This document shows positions 38,965 to 50,155 of a stretch of DNA of 64,000 nt, one piece after another. A program made the translations under genes and the position numbers. The DNA lies in NCBI GenBank assembly GCA_965267575.1, contig OZ254086.1:2439805-2503804 (forward strand), given 5' to 3'. Every line of letters begins with the position of its first letter. Within the stretch, counting starts at the first letter, position 1. This stretch comes from Calditrichales bacterium. Lineage in GTDB: Bacteria > Calditrichota > Calditrichia > Calditrichales > J004. The notes beneath the pieces were generated by a model that worked only from the letters and a program-made list of their open reading frames with translations, did no database searches and was not told the origin of the DNA.

Positions 38965-39141
38965 ATGAAAAATGAAAAAACCGTCATTTTAGGCGCGGCA
39001 TTTGGTGCAGCGTTTGGAAGTGTCATAGGCGTTCTGACAGATAACTTAGGTTTATGGATTAGTTTGGGCATTGCATTGGGTGCCGGCGTTGGTTTTACGT
39101 TAGAGAAAAGGCAGAAAAAAGACAATGGCGATAAAAGCTAA
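38965..39141 (+). CDS. 58-aa glycine-zipper-like membrane miniprotein (below the ORF-track cutoff)
   Basis: ATG at 38965 preceded by AGGAG. MKNEKTVILGAAFGAAFGSVIGVLTDNLGLWISLGIALGAGVGFTLEKRQKKDNGDKS. Confidence 0.45.
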   Translation: MKNEKTVILGAAFGAAFGSVIGVLTDNLGLWISLGIALGAGVGFTLEKRQKKDNGDKS

Positions 39142-39148
39142 AATATAA

Positions 39149-39249
39149 GCCGCAACCGCCGCTGCAGCTTATTTATGGTTTGGTGGGACTGCAATATTCT
39201 GTGTGGTGGCCTTGCTGCGTGCGTTCGGGGCTTTTATGCTGGCGTATAG
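39149..39249 (+). pseudogene. 3' remnant (copy C) of the 34143..34625 membrane-protein gene family
   Basis: AGCCGCAACCGCCGCTGCAG...GGTTTGGTGGGA aligns with 34504 onward. Encodes PQPPLQLIYGLVG, then a 1-nt indel, then ...VRGFYAG. Confidence 0.5.
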
Positions 39250-39372
39250 GAAATTAGATTTTTTTTTGCTTTATTTTTTAACGGGATGATTGTATAATGT
39301 TCGAGACTGAAAGAGCAATGGAAAATTACCGCCCCCAAACAAACCATTTGAGGAAATGATGGAGACGAAACA

Positions 39373-42300
39373 ATGAGTGGTGCCGTTCTGGATAATATCG
39401 GTGATCAGCAAGAGCAGGAGGAGATCCTACTTCCTTCGCTTAAATGGCAAAAGAAGTGTGATATCGGAGTGATTTCCCATATAGTTCGCCCAGAGCACGT
39501 CGAAAGAACTACCGCGCGTACAAACATTAAGGTCTCGCCGCGGATTGAGCAGCCTTTGCTCGTCCTGGAGTCGGGTGAGCGTATAGTCCTCACCAGGCGA
39601 AAAAAATGCCCCGTACCTGAAGGAGTTGATGGTGTCCTTCACGAGACGGATCCCGGCTCATTTTCCTGGCAGTTCCATCGCGATCTCGCCGGGCAGGACG
39701 ACTCTACGCAATGGGAAGAAAAGAAATCACAGGTGGCGAAATCCTGGAGGAGTGGAATCCGGTACGCCTCAGAACAAGTGGATGCTGAGGGTAATCCGAT
39801 ACGGCCCGGACTCCGTTCGCCCCAGATTGGCGCCCTTCATTCCATCGGCGCACATTGGAGCCTGTATAGCACGCCGGCCACGATTGTTATGCCCACCGGG
39901 ACCGGGAAAACAGAGACTATGATTGCGGTGTTGGTCGGACAGGTAAGAGGAACGCTGCTTGTCGTCGTCCCCTCCTCACCGCTTCGCGAGCAAACCGTGA
40001 AAAAGTTTCTCACACTGGGTCTACTCAGGAAGCTCAGAGTCATTCCGGAAGATATGCCTAATCCGATCGTTGGTGTGATCAACAATCGTCCGCGTTCAGA
40101 AGCCGATCTTGATATCTTCGATATGTGTCATGTCGTGGTCTCGACAATGGCAGCCGTGAGCCAGGGTACTGCTACAGACCTTGTACCGAAGATTGCTGAG
40201 CGGTCCTCGTGCCTTGTCGTTGATGAGGCGCACCATGTGGGCGCAAAGAGCTGGGCTGCATTCAGAAAAGAATTTTATGCCACGCGGGTCCTGCAATTCA
40301 CAGCAACGCCGTTCAGACGTGACGGCGTGCTTGTAGACGGAGATGTGATCTACTCCTATCCGCTTCGGCGCGCTCAGGAAGATCAGTATTTCAAGCCGAT
40401 AAGGTTTGATCCGGTCTGTGAAATTGAGCTGCAGAATGCTGATCGCTCCATTGCTGAGAAGGCGATCGCGCAGCTTGACACCGATTTGGATGCTGGGTTA
40501 GACCACCTGTTGATGGCGCGCTGCAACAAGATCCAAAGGGCGACACAGATTCGCACCCTTTATCAGGATCTGGCGCCAGAACACGAACCGATCCTAGTAC
40601 ACTCTGAAGATTCTTCGTCAGCTCGTCAGTTAGAACGACTATACAACCGCGATAGCCGCATTGTCGTTTGTGTCGAGATGCTTGGTGAAGGCTTCGACCT
40701 GCCGCAACTCAAGATTGCCGCTATTCACGATACGCACAAGAGTCTGGCTGTCTTGCTCCAGTTCACAGGCCGTTTTACCCGCACGGCAGGTGACAACATC
40801 GGGGCTGCGACAGTGATCGCGAACATCGCCGACCAAGATGTATCAGTGGGACTCGAAAGGCTCTATAGCGAGGATGCCGACTGGAACACGCTTCTTGCAG
40901 AGATGAGCTCAGATGCCGTTCGTGAGCATAGAGAGCTCGTCGAGTTTCTGTCTCAGTCGGTTTCTTTGGCAGATGAAGATGACGACGATGCGCTCACATC
41001 GATTTCTCCGGCGTTACTCCGGCCAAAATTTAGTACCGTCGCGTACAGGGCCGGTGAATTTAATCCGCGTCGTTTCCACCGTGCAGTACCGACAGACAGC
41101 GAGGTACACCGCGTGTGGCTCCATGAGGAATCCAGCACGCTTTATTATGTAACGAAAACAGAGCCGCCCGTACGCTGGACTCGAGCGCAATCGATCCAGG
41201 ACCGTGAATGGCACTTGTATGTCGTTCACTATGATGCCGATCTCGGCTTGCTGTTCATCCACTCAAGCGACAAGTCCTCCCTGCATGAGAAACTCGCCAA
41301 AGAGGTCGGCGGAGCGAACGTCGCTTTGGTTCGTGGGGATTCTGTGTTCCGCACCCTTGCCGGTATCAACCGGCTTCAGTTTCAGAATGTCGGTGTCACC
41401 AAGCATGCGCGCCGCAATTTACGTTATGCGATGTACACTGGCGCGGACGTTCGCCAAGCGCTGGAGATCTCTCAAACCGCCGGTTCCACGAAGTCCGTGC
41501 TCCAGGGTACAGGCTACGAGAACGGTTTGCCGGTTGCGATCGGCTGCTCATTCAAAGGCCGTGTGTGGTCGAAGGAAGGTGGACCGATCGCCCATCTAAC
41601 CAAGTGGTGCAAATGCGTTGGCTCGAAGCTCATCGATGACGCGATCAGTACAGATGAGATCCTTCAGAATGTATTGGTGCCAGAGGAGATTTCAAAGTTC
41701 CCTGAGGCAACGGTGCTTACCCTGGAATGGCCGCTGGAAATCCTCCAGCAGCAAGAGGACAAAGTCCAGCTCGTTCGGAGTGGTGTCGAAACCCCATTGT
41801 CCTACTTTGATCTCCGTTTTGAAGATATTGGCGAGGACCGTCAAACCATGCGTTTTTGCCTCGTATTTGAAGGAGAGCGGTCAGGATATATCCTCCGCCT
41901 TGGTGTTGCCAACGCCTACGAGTTTGCGCACGTGGCCGGGCCAGCTCTCTCGATCGGCGTAGCACGCCGTGAACTACCACTGGCTGATTTCTTGAATGAC
42001 TATCCGCTCTTGGTTCGCTTCGCCGACCTTAGTGAACTGGATGGTCATTTGCTAATCAAGCCGGAGGAGGCAAAGGATCTGTCGTTTCCAGCAGATAGAT
42101 TCGATGTGTGGGATTGGGACGGTATCGACGTCACCAAAGAATCCCTCTGGCGGGATGGCGCGGTGCATGAAGACACTGTCCAGGCGCGCGCAGCCCGGTA
42201 CTTCATTGACGCCGGCTATGGCGTCATTTTCGACGATGACGCTGCGGGTGAAGCTGCTGATCTGATCTGTTTTAAGATGGACGATGAGACCATTCACTTT

Positions 42301-42675
42301 GCTCTCGTTCACTGCAAGTTCAGCGCCAATGTCGGTGGCGCTCGCCTTGAGGATGCCGTTGAAGTCTGCTCCCAGGCGGTGCGCTCAGGACGCTGGCTTT
42401 GGAAGTTTAAGGAACTATGTCGTCACATCGCGAAACGGGAGCAGCGCCTTCGGTCTGACATACGGCCGAGCCGTTTTCTGCACGGTGGCACGCACGAGAT
42501 GGGCAGCATTCTCCGCGCAAGCCGATTCAAGGAGATCCAGGGACAGATTGTCATTGTACAGCCGGGGATTTCGCGCGAGAGGCATAGCGATCGTCAGGCA
42601 ATGATCCTCGCGGCAGCGTACAATTTCCTGATGGATACAGTTGGCGTACCGTTGGACATAGTTTGCGCGGAGTAG
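39373..42675 (+). CDS. 1100-aa SF2 (DEAH, ResIII-like) helicase with a C-terminal PD-(D/E)xK-like putative nuclease module
   Basis: Walker A MPTGTGKTE (nt 39889-39915), VVDEAHHV (D284 at nt 40222), FTATPFRRDG, and a motif VI-like QFTGRFTR. C-terminal GEAADLICF-x11-VHCKFS (nt about 42220-42330). GGAGA lies 8 nt upstream of the ATG. Confidence 0.85.
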   Translation: MSGAVLDNIGDQQEQEEILLPSLKWQKKCDIGVISHIVRPEHVERTTARTNIKVSPRIEQPLLVLESGERIVLTRRKKCPVPEGVDGVLHETDPGSFSWQFHRDLAGQDDSTQWEEKKSQVAKSWRSGIRYASEQVDAEGNPIRPGLRSPQIGALHSIGAHWSLYSTPATIVMPTGTGKTETMIAVLVGQVRGTLLVVVPSSPLREQTVKKFLTLGLLRKLRVIPEDMPNPIVGVINNRPRSEADLDIFDMCHVVVSTMAAVSQGTATDLVPKIAERSSCLVVDEAHHVGAKSWAAFRKEFYATRVLQFTATPFRRDGVLVDGDVIYSYPLRRAQEDQYFKPIRFDPVCEIELQNADRSIAEKAIAQLDTDLDAGLDHLLMARCNKIQRATQIRTLYQDLAPEHEPILVHSEDSSSARQLERLYNRDSRIVVCVEMLGEGFDLPQLKIAAIHDTHKSLAVLLQFTGRFTRTAGDNIGAATVIANIADQDVSVGLERLYSEDADWNTLLAEMSSDAVREHRELVEFLSQSVSLADEDDDDALTSISPALLRPKFSTVAYRAGEFNPRRFHRAVPTDSEVHRVWLHEESSTLYYVTKTEPPVRWTRAQSIQDREWHLYVVHYDADLGLLFIHSSDKSSLHEKLAKEVGGANVALVRGDSVFRTLAGINRLQFQNVGVTKHARRNLRYAMYTGADVRQALEISQTAGSTKSVLQGTGYENGLPVAIGCSFKGRVWSKEGGPIAHLTKWCKCVGSKLIDDAISTDEILQNVLVPEEISKFPEATVLTLEWPLEILQQQEDKVQLVRSGVETPLSYFDLRFEDIGEDRQTMRFCLVFEGERSGYILRLGVANAYEFAHVAGPALSIGVARRELPLADFLNDYPLLVRFADLSELDGHLLIKPEEAKDLSFPADRFDVWDWDGIDVTKESLWRDGAVHEDTVQARAARYFIDAGYGVIFDDDAAGEAADLICFKMDDETIHFALVHCKFSANVGGARLEDAVEVCSQAVRSGRWLWKFKELCRHIAKREQRLRSDIRPSRFLHGGTHEMGSILRASRFKEIQGQIVIVQPGISRERHSDRQAMILAAAYNFLMDTVGVPLDIVCAE

Positions 42676-42914
42676 TAGACGAGAGAAATTTGATGGCACG
42701 ATACGCATAACAGATTTCGGCACAGATCGACACAGTATCCATGCCTCCCTCAGAGCGTGAGGATTTTTGGAGAGGATTAGGGGAGTAATCATTTCGCTTT
42801 TAAAAAAAAGATGATTGCTCAGGCGGCTTTTTTTGGCTTCGACATATTAGGCTCGTTGAAATACCATATAGTGAAAAAATTAAGAAAGATAAACCACGTT
42901 CTGGAGGAACTGAA

Positions 42915-44504
42915 ATGAAGAGAGTAACTGATTTAAACCTCGGTTTTAGAGACGCAGAAAACTATCATCGAAGGGAAAACAAGCAGCTATTTGAGTCTAT
43001 CTTTATAAAGAGTATTTTTCTTGACCAACTTTTGAAACAGAGTTGTTTTTTCGTGATTGGCGAAAAGGGAACAGGTAAGACCGCCTACGCAGTCTATTTG
43101 TCAAATAATCACTACGAGAACAATATATCCGAACTGAAATATATCCGGGAAACAGAATACCAAAAATTTGTCAAACTAAAACAAGAAAATCATCTCCAAC
43201 TCTCCGATTATACGTCCATTTGGAAGGTTATAATTCTGTTACTATTGGCTAGGTCTGTAAGACCAGATGAACTCGACCATTTACCATTCAGCAAAAATGC
43301 GAAGATAAGGGCACTTAACAAGGCAATAGATGATTACTATCAGAATGCGTTTTCTCCTGAAATTGTCTATGCTTTAGATTTGATCGAGAATTCAAAAATT
43401 GCAGCTGAATTGATATCAAAACATCTTAAGCTTGGCGGGGAAAGTTATTCTAGCGCTACATTCCATGAATCGAAATTTCAAGTAAACCTGCTTTATATTC
43501 AAAAGCAATTTGAGACGGCATTGAGCGATATCAAAATCAAGGACAACCACTTATTGTTTATTGATGGGATCGACATCCGACCAGGATCAATTCCTTATCG
43601 CGATTACCTTGATTGTGTCAAGGGTTTGGCGAACGCAATTTGGAGTCTAAACAACGATTTTTTCCCAACAATTCGTGATTCAAAGGGACGATTTAGAGCC
43701 ATCCTACTATGTCGACCGGACATCTTTAACTCTGTAGGCCTTCAAAATGCAACAAACAAAGTAAGGGATAACTCAGTTTATCTTGATTGGCGAACGACAT
43801 ACCCAAGCTACCGAAGCTCGCATTTGTTCCAACTTTCAGACAGATTACTTGCCTCGCAGCAAACGCATTCTCCGGATCTTGGTAAAGCTTGGGATTATTA
43901 TTTTCCGTGGCGCATCCCATCCGTTCACAGGGATCGAAAGTTCGACGATTCATTCGTTGCAATTCTACGAATGTCCTATTCAAGGCCACGTGATGTAGTA
44001 TCTATCCTCCAGGTCCTTCAGGAAGAGTTCTCTCAGAAAGCTAAAAATACAGACGCAGTTTTTTCAGAACGTGATATTAAAAGCAATGATTTCAAAAATA
44101 AATATTCTCAGTACTTGATGGGTGGTGTTCGGGATCAATTAGCATTCTATTACAATGACAAAGACTACGAGATGTTTTTGAAGTTCTTTACTTTCCTAAA
44201 CGGCAAGTCAGAATTCACCTATGAGAGTTATATGACTGCTTATGAAAAGTTTACTGAATATGTTTTGACCCATCACGATGATATTCCTGAATTCGTCGAG
44301 ACTCCAGACCAGTTTATTCAATTTCTTTATGACACTAACATAATTTGCTATATAGAGGATACCGATTTTGAACGGTTATTTCGATGGTGTTACCGCGAGC
44401 GCAATCCATCAAACATTTCGCCCAAGGTAAAGCTTGACACAAGGTATCGTATTCACTATGGTTTGCAGAAAGCTTTAAATGTTGGATCTCAATTGGTCCG
44501 CTAA
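42915..44504 (+). CDS. Orphan P-loop NTPase (N-terminal ATPase domain, uncharacterised about 300-aa C-terminal region); low GC
   Basis: Walker A GEKGTGKT (nt 43059-43082) and Walker B-like LLFIDGID (nt 43551-43574). GGAGGA RBS. Two hand-counted 60-nt samples were 35% and 38% GC. Confidence 0.8.
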   Translation: MKRVTDLNLGFRDAENYHRRENKQLFESIFIKSIFLDQLLKQSCFFVIGEKGTGKTAYAVYLSNNHYENNISELKYIRETEYQKFVKLKQENHLQLSDYTSIWKVIILLLLARSVRPDELDHLPFSKNAKIRALNKAIDDYYQNAFSPEIVYALDLIENSKIAAELISKHLKLGGESYSSATFHESKFQVNLLYIQKQFETALSDIKIKDNHLLFIDGIDIRPGSIPYRDYLDCVKGLANAIWSLNNDFFPTIRDSKGRFRAILLCRPDIFNSVGLQNATNKVRDNSVYLDWRTTYPSYRSSHLFQLSDRLLASQQTHSPDLGKAWDYYFPWRIPSVHRDRKFDDSFVAILRMSYSRPRDVVSILQVLQEEFSQKAKNTDAVFSERDIKSNDFKNKYSQYLMGGVRDQLAFYYNDKDYEMFLKFFTFLNGKSEFTYESYMTAYEKFTEYVLTHHDDIPEFVETPDQFIQFLYDTNIICYIEDTDFERLFRWCYRERNPSNISPKVKLDTRYRIHYGLQKALNVGSQLVR

Positions 44505-44530
44505 CCATAATCGGGTTTTACAATAAGCAA

Positions 44531-44650
44531 ATGTGTTTTAATTGTATTTCAAAAAGCCAAACAAGCAAATTCAGCCGATTCACTTCTCGTACAGGATTTA
44601 TAGTTTGCGGAAGTTGTAGTGATTCCTGGGTATCTTTAATGTGTGAATGA
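44531..44650 (+). CDS. Possible 39-aa zinc-ribbon miniprotein
   Basis: MCFNCISKSQTSKFSRFTSRTGFIVCGSCSDSWVSLMCE (CxxC-x20-CxxC). No clear RBS. Could be non-coding or a gene remnant. Confidence 0.25.
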   Translation: MCFNCISKSQTSKFSRFTSRTGFIVCGSCSDSWVSLMCE

Positions 44651-44798
44651 ATCGCGTCTGGTTTTCGGTGTCCACCGGATCAAGTTTTACATAAATTTAG
44701 CCACTTCTCTTTTTCCTAAATATTTACATTTTTGCCACAAATGCCATAGATTAAAAGACGTTTGTGACGACGCAAAAACACAAATCTAAAACCACTAA

Positions 44799-47478
<2,680 letters not shown>

Positions 47479-48008
47479 TATATAATCAAATGTAAAGAGC
47501 TTCGTTTAATTATATAAAAGTTTTACCGTGTAATGTTTGTTCTTTTATCGGGGAGTGATTATACTAAACCCATTCTGCTTGATTCTTCGTTTGTCTCAAT
47601 CTGCGGTTTGTTTTTAAGATTGTCGAAATTTTAGCTGATTAAAAAAACTGACTATTTTATTTGCCCAATGGTCCTGGCATTGATATTACTTATTTAGCCA
47701 ACGTATTTAGATCCATAGATCCTGGTTGCTGATCTGATGGGGTCTTATTTAACAGACGTTATCTTTATATAGGCAAATAAGCCGTTTGAAATAAGAAATC
47801 TGTGATCAGGAGAGCATATGGATTCTTCTTATTCTTTTGCAAAAAGAGAGTTAATTCGTTGTAGTCGCACATACACAGATTGTGTAAGTCCCCGGTCCCC
47901 TCAGGATTTTTATTTAAAAGTATGTTTTAAATACATGTTTGACTGCTTCTGACAGGTCATGCTTTTTCTATTACGTTTTTAAAGTCAAGAAAAAGGAAGG
48001 ATTAAATT

Positions 48009-49607
48009 ATGAAGCATACTTTAAAGGTAATAATATTTCTTATAGGTGTTTGTTCTGTACACGGCCAAACACCTCAATGGCTATGGGCACAAGAGGGTGG
48101 TGGAGACGACATTGTTGTGGATGGCTTGGGCAACATTCTTGTGGCGGTGGATGATGGCACTTCCGGGGACGATTTAATTTCTAAATATGATGAGAATGGA
48201 AATTTGATTTGGACTGAGCAGGCAGATGGCGTTGCTAGGCGCATCGCTGTGGATGCCTCCGGCAATTATTTGGTAACCGGAACTTTTGAAGGTATTGCGT
48301 TCTTCGGAGATACAAATCTGGTGACCGCCGGTGGAGAGGATATCTTTCTTGCAAAATATGATGGAGCCGGCAATTTGCTTTGGGTAGAACAAGCGGGCGG
48401 ACAGTGGGACGATGTAGGACGTGGTGTCACTGTAGATGCTTCCGGCGGCGATATCCTATTGACTGGAGATTTTTGGTATACTAGTACTTTTGGTGACACT
48501 GCCCTAACCAGCGAGGGCGATAATGATTTTTTCCTTGCAAAATATGATGGAAATGGCAACTTGCGTTGGATCAAACAAACAGGTGGATCTGAATTAGATA
48601 GAGGTTTAAGTATTGCTGTTGACGAGTCAGGAAACAGCCTGGTGGCCGGAGATACCTTCGGTGGAGCAACCTTTGGTGATACAACGTTAACCGATCCCGC
48701 TATCTTTATCGCCAAATATGACATGAATGGGAAATTAGTTTGGGTTGAAACAGGGGAGTATATTAGATATATCGAAGATATTGCAGTTGACGGATTCGGT
48801 AATTGTTTTATTACCGGATCATTTACTGGCACTGCAACCTTTGGCGATACGACCTTGACAAGTATAGACGGAACTCCTGACGTCTTTGTTACTAAGTATG
48901 ATGGAAATGGCAACTGGATATGGACTAGGCAAGCTGGTGGGGCATCAGGTAATCATGTTTATAGTGACGCTGGACAAAGCATCGCGGTAGACAATTCAGG
49001 CAATAGCCTGATAACAGGATATTTTTCTGAGACGGCAATATTTGGAGATACAATTCTTACAAGTGCCGGAGGATATGATGTTTTTGTTTCAAAATATGAT
49101 GCTGATGGTAATATGATTTGGACCGAACAAGTTGGTGGTGAAGGCGGTTCCTTTACTTCTGAATCGGGCCGCGGCATAGCTGTCGATGCTTCGGGCAACG
49201 CTCTGGTAAGCGGAAGGTTCTTCGGTCCAGCAGCCTTTGGTGATACCACCATTGGTAGCTACCAAAGTCGATTTATCGCTAAAATCGGAGATGTTACTAC
49301 AGGAATTGAAACTACTTTAGCTTCACCAAATAATTTTCGTGTACACCAAAATTACCCCAACCCATTTAACCCGGCGACCACAATCAAATACCAGCTACCC
49401 AAGTCTGCACAGGTGGAGCTTACCGTTTATAATCTACTCGGACAAAAGGTGATAACGCTGGTTAGTGCATTTCAAACCGCAGGGGAAAAATCTGTGGTTT
49501 GGGATGGCACAAATGCCGCCGAGCAGCCGGTGGGCACCGGTATTTATTTTTATAGTCTGCAGACTGGGGATTTTACGGATACACGAAAGATGTTGCTGGT
49601 GCGGTAG
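48009..49607 (+). CDS. SBBP-type beta-propeller repeat protein with a T9SS C-terminal domain
   Basis: About 8 repeats of the pattern G..IAVD.SGN..VTG.F.GTA.FGDT.LTS.G..D.F..KYD..GN..W. C-terminus QNYPNPFNPATTIKY...GIYFYSL...RKMLLVR. Confidence 0.8.
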   Translation: MKHTLKVIIFLIGVCSVHGQTPQWLWAQEGGGDDIVVDGLGNILVAVDDGTSGDDLISKYDENGNLIWTEQADGVARRIAVDASGNYLVTGTFEGIAFFGDTNLVTAGGEDIFLAKYDGAGNLLWVEQAGGQWDDVGRGVTVDASGGDILLTGDFWYTSTFGDTALTSEGDNDFFLAKYDGNGNLRWIKQTGGSELDRGLSIAVDESGNSLVAGDTFGGATFGDTTLTDPAIFIAKYDMNGKLVWVETGEYIRYIEDIAVDGFGNCFITGSFTGTATFGDTTLTSIDGTPDVFVTKYDGNGNWIWTRQAGGASGNHVYSDAGQSIAVDNSGNSLITGYFSETAIFGDTILTSAGGYDVFVSKYDADGNMIWTEQVGGEGGSFTSESGRGIAVDASGNALVSGRFFGPAAFGDTTIGSYQSRFIAKIGDVTTGIETTLASPNNFRVHQNYPNPFNPATTIKYQLPKSAQVELTVYNLLGQKVITLVSAFQTAGEKSVVWDGTNAAEQPVGTGIYFYSLQTGDFTDTRKMLLVR

Positions 49608-49618
49608 AAGTTTTTTGT

Positions 49619-50155
49619 TTGTCACGGAATTTCTTCTCCGCCTGGAACAAGGTGATGAACCTGGACCGCTTAGATCTGCAATAGGGATTGAATGATTGAA
49701 ATTAAAGGCTCCGTGGGTGTTTGGCCCGCGGGGCCTTTTTTGTTTTGGGGTATTTTATGTGGCGTACCGATGGCACGTAGGTTTTTTGTAGATGCCGTTT
49801 TCTACCTATGTTTTGTCCCTGCGGGACATATCTGAAGTATGGATTGATTCAAGTAATTGTTGATTTATGCGTAATATTCGATCGTATGTTTTTGAAGAAT
49901 CCGCATTTCATTGGTAGGCAGCATTATTCACCGTCCGTCCCGTAAGGGACATGATATGGGTAGAATGGGTATACGAAATACAGGGGTCTGGGCCGCTAGG
50001 TACAGTATGTAATACGACGCGATTGAAATACATAAATGTGAATCGATGCATAAATCGGACACGAAATTTTCTCCCCATTAAATGATCTTATGGTGTACCG
50101 ACGGTATGCTCGGTTTTTTGTAGATGCTGTTGTCTACCCATGTTTTGTCCCGAGG
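49619..50155 (+). repeat. Direct repeat copy 2: katG 3' fragment (non-functional) + terminator copy + REP-like units
   Basis: CGCCTGGAACAAGGTGATGAACCTGGACCGCTT.GATCTGCAAT.AGGATTGAATGATTGAAATTAAAGGCTCCGTGGG... matches 46948 onward. Confidence 0.85.

Noticed and set aside
39291-39298. TGTATAAT extended -10 box upstream of the helicase gene as a called promoter.
   Set aside because: I see no convincing -35 element, and promoter consensus in FCB-group bacteria can differ from the sigma-70 paradigm. It is mentioned in the finding but not listed as a feature.
24540-42675. A functional link between the que genes and the helicase island (a Dpd-like 7-deazaguanine DNA-modification/restriction system).
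   Set aside because: The que cluster includes queF, which points to the tRNA queuosine route. No DpdA/TGT-like or DpdB/C genes are present. The loci are about 13 kb apart and separated by unrelated genes.
47818-47952. A 44-aa ORF (MDSSYSFAKRELIRCSRTYTDC...) with an AGGAGA RBS in the AT-rich cargo leader.
   Set aside because: There is no recognisable motif, the sequence is AT-rich and chance ORFs are common there. The RBS alone is not enough to call it a gene.
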